A program made the translations under genes and the position numbers. Source: a virus. From it: a stretch of DNA of 30,757 bases. The notes under the pieces are model-generated. The model saw only the letters and a list, made by a program, of their open reading frames with translations, did no database searches and had not been told where the DNA came from. The stretch is taken from UHGV virus genome UHGV-0360189; one strand, written 5' to 3'. Shown piece by piece: positions 18,209 through 30,757 of this stretch (position 1 is its first letter; each line of letters begins with the position of its first letter).

Positions 18209-20780
18209 ACCGGTAGGCGATCTGGTCGTTGATTTAAGTCTGGATGCGGCCAGATTTGACGAGCAGATGGCCAGAGTCAGGCGTCATTTTTCCGGTACGG
18301 AAACTGATGCGAAAAAAACAGCGGCAGTCGTTGAACAGTCGCTGAGCCGACAGGCGCTGGCTGCACAGAAAGCGGGGATTTCCGTCGGGCAGTATAAAGC
18401 CGCCATGCGTATGCTGCCTGCACAGTTCACCGACGTGGCCACGCAGCTTGCAGGCGGGCAAAGTCCGTGGCTGATCCTGCTGCAACAGGGTGGTCAGGTT
18501 AAGGACTCCTTCGGCGGGATGATCCCCATGTTCAGGGGGCTTGCCGGTGCGATCACCCTGCCGATGGTGGGGGCCACCTCGCTGGCGGTGGCGACCGGTG
18601 CGCTGGCGTATGCCTGGTATCAGGGCAACTCAACCCTGTCCGATTTCAACAAAACGCTGGTCCTTTCCGGCAATCAGGCGGGACTGACGGCAGATCGTAT
18701 TCTGGCCCTGTCCAGAGCCGGGCAGGCGGCAGGGCTGACGTTTAACCAGACCAGCGAGTCACTGACGGCGCTGGTGAATGCCGGTGTGCGTGGTGGTGAG
18801 CAGTTTGAGGCGATCAGCCAGAGTGTGGCGCGTTTCTCCTCTGCATCCGGCGTGGAGGTGGACAAGGTCGCTGAAGCCTTCGGGAAGCTGACCACAGACC
18901 CGACGTCGGGACTGACAGCGATGGCACGTCAGTTCCATAACGTGACGGCGGAGCAGATTGCGTATGTTGCTCAGTTGCAGCGTTCCGGAGATGAAGCCGG
19001 GGCATTGCAGGCGGCGAACGAGGCCGCAACGAAAGGGTTTGATGACCAGACCCGCCGCCTGAAAGAGAACATGGGCACGCTGGAGACCTGGGCAGACAGG
19101 ACAGCACGGGCATTCAAATCCATGTGGGATTCGGTGCTGGATATTGGTCGCCCGGACACTGCCCAGGGAATGCTGGAGAAAGCAGAAAAGGCTTTTGATG
19201 AGGCGGACAAAAAATGGCAGTGGTATCAGAGCCGAAGCCACCGGCGCGGTAAAACCTCAGCATTTCTTGCCAATCTCCGGGGAGCATGGGAGGACAGAGC
19301 GAATGCGCAACTTGGGCTTTCAGCCGCCACGTTGCAGGCCGATCTTGAAAAGGCCAGAGAGATGGCAGCAAAGGACTGGGCCGAGTCTGAGGCATCACGG
19401 CTGAAATATACCGAAGAGGCGCAGAAGGCTTACGAACGCCTGCAGACGCCGCTGGAGAAATATACCGCCCGTCAGGAAGAACTGAACAAGGCACTGAAAG
19501 ACGGGAAAATCCTGCAGGCAGATTACAACACGCTGATGGCGGCGGCGAAAAAGGATTATGAAGCGACGCTGAAAAAGCCGAAACAGTCCGGCGTGAAGGT
19601 GTCTGCGGGCGATCGTCAGGAAGACAGTGCTCATGCTGCCCTGCTGACGCTTCAGGCAGAACTCCGGACGCTGGAGAAGCATGCCGGAGCAAATGAGAAA
19701 ATCAGCCAGCAGCGCCGGGATTTGTGGAAGGCGGAGAGTCAGTTCGCGGTACTGGAGGAGGCGGCGCAACGTCGCCAGCTGTCTGCACAGGAGAAATCCC
19801 TGCTGGCGCATAAAGATGAGACGCTGGAGTACAAACGCCAGCTGGCTGCACTTGGCGACAAGGTTACGTATCAGGAGCGCCTGAACGCGCTGGCGCAGCA
19901 GGCGGATAAATTCGCACAGCAGCAACGGGCAAAACGGGCCGCCATTGATGCGAAAAGCCGGGGGCTGACTGACCGGCAGGCAGAACGGGAAGCCACGGAA
20001 CAGCGCCTGAAGGAACAGTATGGCGATAATCCGCTGGCGCTGAATAACGTCATGTCAGAGCAGAAAAAGACCTGGGCGGCTGAAGACCAGCTTCGCGGGA
20101 GCTGGATGGCAGGCCTGAAGTCCGGCTGGAGTGAGTGGGAAGAGAGCGCCACGGACAGTATGTCGCAGGTTAAAAGTGCAGCCACGCAGACCTTTGATGG
20201 TATTGCACAGAATATGGCGGCGATGCTGACCGGCAGTGAGCAGAACTGGCGCAGCTTCACCCGTTCCGTGCTGTCCATGATGACAGAAATTCTGCTTAAG
20301 CAGGCAATGGTGGGGATTGTCGGGAGTATCGGCAGCGCCATTGGCGGTGCTGCCAGTGGTGGAGCATCCGCGTCAGGCGGTACAGCCATTCAGGCCGCTG
20401 CGGCGAAATTCCATTTTGCGACCGGGGGATTTACGGGAACCGGCGGCAAATATGAGCCAGCGGGGATTGTTCACCGTGGTGAATTTGTCTTCACGAAGGA
20501 GGCAACCAGCCGGATTGGTGTCGGCAACCTGTACCGCCTGATGCGGGGCTATGCGGAAGGTGGTTATGTGGGCGGTGCCGGAAGTCCGGCGCAGATGCGG
20601 CGGGCTGAAGGCATTAATTTTAATCAGAACAATCACGTGGTGATTCAGAACGACGGTACGAATGGTCTGCCAGGTCCACAGATGATGAAGGCAGTGTATG
20701 ACATGGCCCGCAAGGGTGCCCGTGATGAAATTCAGACACAGATGCGTGATGGTGGCCTGTTCTCCGGAGGTGGACGATGA
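18201..20780 (+). CDS. H: Tail tape measure protein H
   Basis: ORF track 18201..20780, 859 aa, MAEPVGDLVVDLSLDAARFDEQMARVRRHFSGTETDAKK... matches lambda gpH; long alpha-helical/coiled-coil central region and Gly-rich C-terminus. Confidence 0.95.
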   Translation: MAEPVGDLVVDLSLDAARFDEQMARVRRHFSGTETDAKKTAAVVEQSLSRQALAAQKAGISVGQYKAAMRMLPAQFTDVATQLAGGQSPWLILLQQGGQVKDSFGGMIPMFRGLAGAITLPMVGATSLAVATGALAYAWYQGNSTLSDFNKTLVLSGNQAGLTADRILALSRAGQAAGLTFNQTSESLTALVNAGVRGGEQFEAISQSVARFSSASGVEVDKVAEAFGKLTTDPTSGLTAMARQFHNVTAEQIAYVAQLQRSGDEAGALQAANEAATKGFDDQTRRLKENMGTLETWADRTARAFKSMWDSVLDIGRPDTAQGMLEKAEKAFDEADKKWQWYQSRSHRRGKTSAFLANLRGAWEDRANAQLGLSAATLQADLEKAREMAAKDWAESEASRLKYTEEAQKAYERLQTPLEKYTARQEELNKALKDGKILQADYNTLMAAAKKDYEATLKKPKQSGVKVSAGDRQEDSAHAALLTLQAELRTLEKHAGANEKISQQRRDLWKAESQFAVLEEAAQRRQLSAQEKSLLAHKDETLEYKRQLAALGDKVTYQERLNALAQQADKFAQQQRAKRAAIDAKSRGLTDRQAEREATEQRLKEQYGDNPLALNNVMSEQKKTWAAEDQLRGSWMAGLKSGWSEWEESATDSMSQVKSAATQTFDGIAQNMAAMLTGSEQNWRSFTRSVLSMMTEILLKQAMVGIVGSIGSAIGGAASGGASASGGTAIQAAAAKFHFATGGFTGTGGKYEPAGIVHRGEFVFTKEATSRIGVGNLYRLMRGYAEGGYVGGAGSPAQMRRAEGINFNQNNHVVIQNDGTNGLPGPQMMKAVYDMARKGARDEIQTQMRDGGLFSGGGR

Positions 20781-21106
20781 AAACCTTCCGCTGGAAAGTG
20801 AAACCCGGTATGGATGTGGCTTCGGCCCCTTCTGTAAGAAAGGTGCGCTTTGGTGATGGCTATTCCCAGCGAGCGCCTGCCGGGCTGAATGCCAACCTGA
20901 AAACGTACAGCGTGACGTTTTCTGTTCCCCGTTGGGAGGCCACGGCGCTGGAGTCGTTTCTGGCTGAGCACGGGGGCTGGAAAGCCTTTCTGTGGACGCC
21001 GCCTTATGAGTGGCGGCAGATAAAGGTGACCTGCGCAAAATGGTCGTCGCGGGTCAGTATGCTGCGTGTTGAGTTCAGCGCAGAGTTTGAACAGGTGGTG
21101 AACTGA
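20777..21106 (+). CDS. M: Tail tip protein M
   Basis: ORF track 20777..21106, 109 aa, MKTFRWKVKPGMDVASAPSVRKVRFGDGYSQRAPAGLNANLKTYSV... matches lambda gpM. Confidence 0.92.
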   Translation: MKTFRWKVKPGMDVASAPSVRKVRFGDGYSQRAPAGLNANLKTYSVTFSVPRWEATALESFLAEHGGWKAFLWTPPYEWRQIKVTCAKWSSRVSMLRVEFSAEFEQVVN

Positions 21107-21804
21107 TGCAGGATATCCGGCAGGAAACACTGAATGAATGCACCCGTGCGGAGCAGTCGGCCAGCGTGGTGCTCTGGGAAATCGACCTGACAGAGGTCGG
21201 TGGAGAACGTTATTTTTTCTGTAATGAGCAGAACGAAAAAGGTGAGCCGGTCACCTGGCAGGGGCGACAGTATCAGCCGTATCCCATTCAGGGGAGTGGT
21301 TTTGAACTGAATGGCAAAGGCACCAGTACGCGCCCCACACTGACGGTTTCTAACCTGTACGGTATGGTCACCGGGATGGCGGAAGATCTGCAGAGTCTGG
21401 TCGGTGGAACGGTGGTCCGGCGTAAGGTTTACGCCCGTTTTCTGGATGCGGTGAACTTCGTCAACGGAAACAGTGGCGCCGATCCGGAGCAGGAGGTGAT
21501 CAGCCGCTGGCGCATTGAGCAGTGCAGCGAACTGAGCGCGGTGAGTGCCTCTTTTGTACTGTCCACGCCGACGGAAACGGATGGCGCTGTTTTTCCGGGA
21601 CGTATCATGCTGGCCAACACCTGCACCTGGACCTATCGCGGTGACGAGTGCGGTTATAGCGGTCCGGCTGTCGCGGATGAATATGACCAGCCAACGTCCG
21701 ATATCACGAAGGATAAATGCAGCAAATGCCTGAGCGGTTGTAAGTTCCGCAATAACGTCGGCAACTTTGGCGGCTTCCTTTCCATTAACAAACTTTCGCA
21801 GTAA
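21106..21804 (+). CDS. L: Tail tip protein L
   Basis: ORF track 21106..21804, 232 aa, MQDIRQETLNECTRAEQSASVVLWEIDLTEVGGERYFFCNEQ... matches lambda gpL; C-terminal Cys cluster (CTWTYRGDECGYSG...CSKCLSGC). Confidence 0.93.
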   Translation: MQDIRQETLNECTRAEQSASVVLWEIDLTEVGGERYFFCNEQNEKGEPVTWQGRQYQPYPIQGSGFELNGKGTSTRPTLTVSNLYGMVTGMAEDLQSLVGGTVVRRKVYARFLDAVNFVNGNSGADPEQEVISRWRIEQCSELSAVSASFVLSTPTETDGAVFPGRIMLANTCTWTYRGDECGYSGPAVADEYDQPTSDITKDKCSKCLSGCKFRNNVGNFGGFLSINKLSQ

Positions 21805-21809
21805 ATCCC

Positions 21810-22553
21810 ATGACACAGACAGAATCAGCGATTCTGGCGCACGCCCGGCGATGTGCGCCAGCGGAGTCGTGCGGCTTCGTGGTAAGCACGCCGGAGGGGG
21901 AAAGATATTTCCCCTGCGTGAATATCTCCGGTGAGCCGGAGGCGTATTTCCGTATGTCGCCGGAGGACTGGCTGCAGGCAGAAATGCAGGGTGAGATTGT
22001 GGCGCTGGTCCACAGCCACCCCGGTGGTCTGCCCTGGCTGAGTGAGACTGACCGGCGGCTGCAGGTGCAGAGTGATTTGCCGTGGTGGCTGGTCTGCCGG
22101 GGGGCGATTCATAAGTTCCGCTGTGTGCCGCATCTCACCGGACGGCGCTTTGAGCACGGGGTGACGGACTGTTACACGCTGTTCCGGGATGCTTATCATC
22201 TGGCGGGGATTGAGATGCCGGATTTTCATCGCGAGGATGACTGGTGGCGTCACGGTCAGAATCTCTATCTGGATAATCTGGAGGCCACAGGGCTGTATCA
22301 GGTGCCGTTGTCATCAGCACAACCGGGCGATGTGCTGCTGTGCTGTTTTGGTTCATCGGTGCCGAATCATGCCGCCATTTACTGTGGTGATGGCGAGCTG
22401 CTGCACCATATTCCTGAACAACTGAGCAAACGAGAGAGGTATACCGACAAATGGCAGCGACGCACACACTCCCTCTGGCGTCACCGGGCATGGCGCGCAT
22501 CTGCCTTTACGGGGATTTGCAACGATTTGGCCGCCGCATCGACCTTCGTGTGA
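21810..22553 (+). CDS. K: Tail tip assembly protein K (JAB/MPN plus NlpC/P60-like domains)
   Basis: ORF track 21810..22553, 247 aa, MTQTESAILAHARRCAPAESCGFVVSTPEGERYFPCVNISGEP...; HSHP motif typical of JAB/MPN; 3' end overlaps I by 103 nt. Confidence 0.88.
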   Translation: MTQTESAILAHARRCAPAESCGFVVSTPEGERYFPCVNISGEPEAYFRMSPEDWLQAEMQGEIVALVHSHPGGLPWLSETDRRLQVQSDLPWWLVCRGAIHKFRCVPHLTGRRFEHGVTDCYTLFRDAYHLAGIEMPDFHREDDWWRHGQNLYLDNLEATGLYQVPLSSAQPGDVLLCCFGSSVPNHAAIYCGDGELLHHIPEQLSKRERYTDKWQRRTHSLWRHRAWRASAFTGICNDLAAASTFV

Positions 22554-23122
22554 AAACGGGGGCTGAAGCCATCCGCGCACTGGCCACACAGCTCCCGGCG
22601 TTTCGTCAGAAACTGAGCGACGGCTGGTATCAGGTACGGATTGCCGGGCGGGACGTCAGCACGTCCGGGTTAACGGCGCAGTTACATGAGACTCTGCCTG
22701 ATGGCGCTGTGATTCATATTGTTCCCAGAGTCGCCGGGGCCAAGTCAGGTGGCGTATTCCAGATTGTCCTGGGAGCAGCCGCCATTGCCGGATCATTCTT
22801 TACTGCCGGAGCCACCCTTGCAGCGTGGGGGGAAGCCATTGGGGCCGGTGGTATGACCGGCATCCTGTTTTCTCTCGGTGCCAGTATGGTGCTCGGTGGT
22901 GTGGCCCAGATGCTGGCACCGAAAGCCAGAACTCCCCGTACACAGACAACGGATAACGGCAAACAAAACACCTATTTCTCCTCACTGGATAACATGGTTG
23001 CCCAGGGCAATGTTCTGCCCGTTCTGTACGGTGAAATGCGCGTGGGATCACGTGTGGTTTCTCAGGAGATCAGCACGGCAGACGAAGGGGACGGTGGTCA
23101 GGTTGTGGTGATTGGTCGCTGA
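22451..23122 (+). CDS. I: Tail tip assembly protein I
   Basis: ORF track 22451..23122, 223 aa, MAATHTLPLASPGMARICLYGDLQRFGRRIDLRVKTGAEAIRALATQL... matches lambda gpI. Confidence 0.92.
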   Translation: MAATHTLPLASPGMARICLYGDLQRFGRRIDLRVKTGAEAIRALATQLPAFRQKLSDGWYQVRIAGRDVSTSGLTAQLHETLPDGAVIHIVPRVAGAKSGGVFQIVLGAAAIAGSFFTAGATLAAWGEAIGAGGMTGILFSLGASMVLGGVAQMLAPKARTPRTQTTDNGKQNTYFSSLDNMVAQGNVLPVLYGEMRVGSRVVSQEISTADEGDGGQVVVIGR

Positions 23123-23178
23123 TGAAAAACGTTTATGTGAAACCGCCTCCGGGCGGTTTTGTCGTTTATGGAGCGTGA

Positions 23179-26580
<3,402 letters not shown>

Positions 26581-26598
26581 ATTTTATAACCCAGAACG

Positions 26599-26622
26599 GG
26601 CGTCAGAAATGACGCCTTTTTT
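26599..26622 (+). terminator. Intrinsic terminator downstream of J
   Basis: Stem GGCGTC/GACGCC (26599-26604 / 26611-26616), loop AGAAAT, followed by TTTTTT (26617-26622). Confidence 0.6.
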
Positions 26623-26646
26623 ATTGCAGAAAAGCGAGAGGTAATT

Positions 26647-27246
26647 ATGCGTAAACTTTATGCCGCCATTTTGTCCGCAGCCATTTGTCTGGCCGTATCC
26701 GGTGCGCCTGCATGGGCATCTGAACATCAGTCCACGCTGAGCGCGGGGTATCTTCATGTCTCGACGAACGTTCCCGGCAGCGATGATCTGAACGGGATTA
26801 ACGTGAAATACCGTTATGAGTTTACGGACACACTGGGGATGGTGACGTCTTTCAGCTATGCAGGAGACAAGAATCGCCAGCTTACCCGTTACAGCGATAC
26901 CCGCTGGCATGAAGATTCCGTGCGTAACCGCTGGTTCAGCGTGATGGCGGGGCCGTCTGTGCGCGTGAATGAATGGTTCAGCGCGTATGCGATGGCGGGT
27001 GTGGCTTACAGCCGTGTGTCGACTTTCTCCGGGGATTATCTCCGCGTAACTGACAACAAGGGGAAAAAGCACGATGTGCTGACCGGAAGTGATGACGGTC
27101 GCCACAGCAACACGTCTCTGGCGTGGGGAGCTGGCGTGCAGTTTAACCCGACCGAATCCGTGGCCATTGATATTGCTTATGAAGGCTCCGGCAGTGGTGA
27201 CTGGCGCACTGACGGTTTCATCGTGGGTGTCGGTTATAAATTCTGA
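26647..27246 (+). CDS. lom: Lom outer-membrane protein (Ail/Lom family beta-barrel; moron)
   Basis: ORF track 26647..27246, 199 aa; N-terminal signal peptide ([24 protein letters not shown]), beta-barrel-like alternating pattern, C-terminal GYKF; matches lambda Lom as remembered. Confidence 0.9.
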
Positions 27247-27272
27247 TTAGCCAGGTAACACAGTGTTATGAC

Positions 27273-27299
27273 AGCCCGCCGGTTCAGGCGGGCTTTTTT
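27273..27299 (+). terminator. Intrinsic terminator downstream of lom
   Basis: Perfect 8-bp stem AGCCCGCC/GGCGGGCT (27273-27280 / 27287-27294), loop GGTTCA, then TTTTT (27295-27299). Confidence 0.7.
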
Positions 27300-27310
27300 G
27301 TGGGGTGAAT

Positions 27311-30300
27311 ATGGCAGTAAAGATTTCAGGTGTACTGAAAGACGGCACAGGAAAACCGGTACAGAACTGCACAATCCAGCTGAAAGCAAAACGTAACAGT
27401 ACCACGGTGGTGGTGAACACGCTGGCATCTGAAAATCCGGATGAAGCCGGGCGTTACAGTATGGACGTTGAGTACGGTCAGTACAGCGTTATTCTGTTGG
27501 TGGAAGGATTCCCGCCGTCACATGCCGGGACCATCACCGTGTATGAAGATTCTCAACCCGGTACGCTGAATGATTTTCTCGGTGCCATGACGGAGGATGA
27601 TGCCCGTCCGGAGGCACTGCGTCGTTTTGAACTGATGGTGGAAGAGGTGGCGCGTAACGCGTCCGTGGTGGCACAGAACACGGCAGCCGCAAAGAAGTCA
27701 GCCAGTGATGCCAGCACATCTGCCAGTGAGGCGGCAACCCGTGCGACTGATGCTGCAGATTCAGCACGTGCAGCCAGCACGTCAGCCGGACAGGCCGCGT
27801 CGTCGGCTCAGTCAGCGTCTTCCAGCGCAGGAACGGCATCAACAAAGGCCAGTGAAGCATCGAAAAGTGCTGCTGCTGCAGAGTCCTCAAAAAGCGCGGC
27901 AGCTACCAGTGCCGCTGCGGCGAAAACGTCAGAAACGAATGCGGCAGCGTCACAACAATCAGCAGCCACCTCTGCATCCACCGCGACCACGAAAGCGTCA
28001 GAAGCTGCCTCCTCAGCCAGGGATGCGTCGGCTTCAAAAGAGGCGGCAAAATCATCAGAAACGAGCGCAGCCTCGAGCGCCAGTAGTTCCGCTTCCTCGG
28101 CAACGGCGGCAGGCAATTCCGCGAAGGCGGCAAAAACGTCCGAGACGAACGCCAGGTCTTCTGAGACGGCAGCGGGACAGAGCGCCTCAGCTGCGGCAGG
28201 CTCAAAAACAGCGGCTGCGTCGTCTGCCAGTGCCGCGTCAACAAGTGCCGGGCAGGCCTCAGCCAGTGCCACCGCCGCCGGAAAATCGGCAGAAAGTGCC
28301 GCATCGTCTGCTTCAACAGCCACAACGAAGGCTGGCGAAGCCACTGAACAGGCCAGCGCAGCAGCGAGGTCAGCTTCCGCAGCGAAGACATCCGAAACGA
28401 ACGCGAAAGCGTCGGAAACCAGCGCAGAATCCTCAAAAACGGCTGCCGCATCGTCAGCCAGTTCGGCGGCGTCATCGGCATCATCGGCGTCTGCTTCAAA
28501 AGATGAGGCGACCAGACAGGCATCAGCAGCGAAAGGCAGCGCCACGACGGCATCCACGAAAGCAACAGAGGCAGCTGGCAGTGCGACGGCGGCAGCACAG
28601 AGCAAAAGTACGGCGGAATCCGCGGCAACGCGCGCCGAGACAGCGGCAAAACGGGCAGAGGATATTGCATCCGCCGTGGCGCTTGAGGATGCGAGCACGA
28701 CGAAAAAGGGGATAGTACAGCTCAGCAGCGCGACCAACAGCACGTCTGAAACGCTGGCGGCAACGCCAAAGGCAGTAAAAGCAGCCTATGACAATGCAGA
28801 GAAACGTCTGCAGAAAGACCAGAACGGCGCTGATATACCCGATAAGGGACGCTTCCTGAACAACATTAACGCGGTCAGTAAAACAGACTTTGCTGATAAG
28901 CGTGGTATGCGTTATGTGCGGGTTAACGCTCCTGCAGGTGCAACATCTGGAAAATATTATCCTGTTGTTGTTATGCGTTCTGCTGGCTCAGTAAGCGAAC
29001 TGGCATCAAGGGTCATTATCACCACGGCAACGCGAACCGCAGGCGATCCGATGAATAACTGCGAGTTTAACGGATTTGTTATGCCTGGTGGCTGGACTGA
29101 CAGGGGGCGTTATGCTTATGGAATGTTCTGGCAATATCAAAACAATGAACGAGCCATCCACTCAATAATGATGAGTAATAAGGGCGATGATTTGCGCTCT
29201 GTGTTCTATGTTGATGGCGCTGCTTTCCCTGTTTTTGCGTTCATCGAAGATGGCCTGTCAATATCCGCACCTGGTGCTGATCTCGTTGTTAATGATACGA
29301 CCTATAAGTTTGGGGCAACAAATCCAGCGACTGAATGTATCGCGGCGGACGTTATCCTTGATTTTAAGAGTGGGCGTGGTTTTTATGAGTCCCATTCGTT
29401 AATCGTTAACGATAACTTGTCGTGCAAAAAACTTTTTGCCACAGACGAAATTGTAGCGCGTGGTGGTAATCAGATTCGAATGATAGGTGGGGAGTATGGG
29501 GCATTATGGCGTAATGATGGCGCTAAAACTTACCTGCTGCTTACCAATCAAGGTGATGTTTATGGTGGATGGAATACATTAAGACCGTTTGCTATTGATA
29601 ACGCAACCGGCGAACTGGTTATTGGAACCAAGCTGTCTGCAAGTCTGAACGGTAACGCATTGACAGCAACAAAGCTGCAAACGCCAAGACGGGTTTCTGG
29701 TGTTGAGTTTGATGGTTCCAAAGATATTACTTTAACCGCCGCGCATGTGGCTGCTTTTGCCAGAAGGGCAACGGATACGTATGCCGATGCGGATGGGGGC
29801 GTTCCATGGAATGCCGAATCAGGCGCTTACAATGTCACCCGCTCTGGCGACAGCTATATTCTGGTTAACTTCTATACCGGAGTCGGAAGTTGCCGGACCC
29901 TGCAGATGAAGGCACATTACAGAAATGGAGGTCTGTTCTACCGTTCCTCAAGAGATGGCTATGGTTTTGAGGAAGACTGGGCAGAAGTTTATACCTCGAA
30001 AAATCTTCCACCAGAAAGCTACCCAGTCGGCGCACCAATCCCGTGGCCATCAGATACCGTTCCGTCTGGTTATGCCCTGATGCAGGGGCAGACTTTTGAC
30101 AAATCTGCTTACCCGAAACTTGCAGTTGCTTATCCGTCAGGCGTGATCCCTGATATGCGTGGCTGGACGATTAAGGGCAAGCCCGCCAGTGGTCGTGCCG
30201 TATTGTCTCAGGAACAGGACGGCATTAAATCGCACACCCACAGCGCCAGCGCATCCAGTACGGATTTGGGGACGAAAACCACATCGTCGTTTGATTACGG

Positions 30301-30661
30301 CACTAAATCCACGAATAACACTGGTGCGCATACCCATAGTGTTAGCGGTACGGCTGCTTCAGCCGGTGCACATACCCATTCGATGACATTTGTTTCAGGT
30401 GGTTCCAGTGGTGCTCCGGGAAGTGGATCACCTGATTATTCTAAATACAGTGTTAACACTTCTTCTGCAGGCGCTCATACGCACTCTGTATCGGGTACTG
30501 CTGCAAGCGCAGGTGCACACGCACATACTGTCGGTATTGGTGCTCATACGCACTCCGTTGCGATTGGTTCACATGGACATACCATCACCGTTAACGCTGC
30601 TGGTAACGCGGAAAATACCGTCAAAAACATCGCATTTAACTATATTGTGAGGCTTGCATAA
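27311..30661 (+). CDS. stf: Side tail fibre protein Stf (intact, long form)
   Basis: ORF track 27305..30661; the lambda-like start is ATG 27311 ([35 protein letters not shown]...). Long Ala/Ser/Thr-rich repeat region followed by a C-terminal domain with repeated GAHTHS / HxH motifs and ending [11 protein letters not shown], as in T4 gp37-like fibre tips. Confidence 0.9.
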
Positions 30662-30757
30662 TGGCATTCAGAATGAGTGAACAACCACGGACCATAAAAA
30701 TTTATAATCTGCTGGCCGGAACTAATGAATTTATTGGTGAAGGTGACGCATATATTC
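30661..30757 (+). CDS. tfa: Tail fibre assembly protein Tfa, 5' partial (runs off the window)
   Basis: ATG 30661 overlaps the stf stop (TAATG); translation [32 protein letters not shown] matches the lambda Tfa N-terminus. Confidence 0.85.

Noticed and set aside
27705-28743. Arg-rich +1-frame ORF (336 aa) and Ala-rich antisense ORF (311 aa) within stf
   Set aside because: Both are by-products of the strand-biased Ala/Ser codon repeats in stf. Extreme low-complexity composition, no initiation signals.

Overview
This window is a contiguous stretch of a lambda-like (lambdoid) prophage from an enterobacterial host, read on the + strand from the nin region through the tail-fibre genes. Gene order is ninB, an orphan N6-adenine methyltransferase, ninE/F/G/I, antiterminator Q, the late promoter pR' with its 6S leader and tR' terminator, the lysis cassette S-R-Rz/Rz1, an accessory segment, the cos site in its joined state, then nu1-A-W-B-C/Nu3-D-E-FI-FII-Z-U-V-G-T-H-M-L-K-I-J, the lom moron, side tail fibre stf and the start of tfa. 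Identifications rest on my reading of the supplied ORF translations against remembered lambda proteins and on motifs visible in the DNA; no searches were run. Most of the window is ordinary lambda core. The part that merits attention is the roughly 2.4 kb accessory segment between Rz and cos (5210-7660), where lambda carries bor. Here it holds a KilA-N-like gene overlapping a small basic-tailed ORF, a pair of imperfect direct repeats each containing a hairpin and bracketing a 23-codon ORF with a strong Shine-Dalgarno, and a minus-strand cassette of a ribbon-helix-helix gene followed by a strongly AT-rich 136-141 aa gene. I recall these last two as YnfO/YlcI-like and YdfO/YbcV-like uncharacterised families. 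I cannot assign a function to any of these from sequence alone; they are the best candidates for an undescribed prophage accessory module. No tRNA, rRNA, CRISPR array, integrase or IS element is visible in the window.
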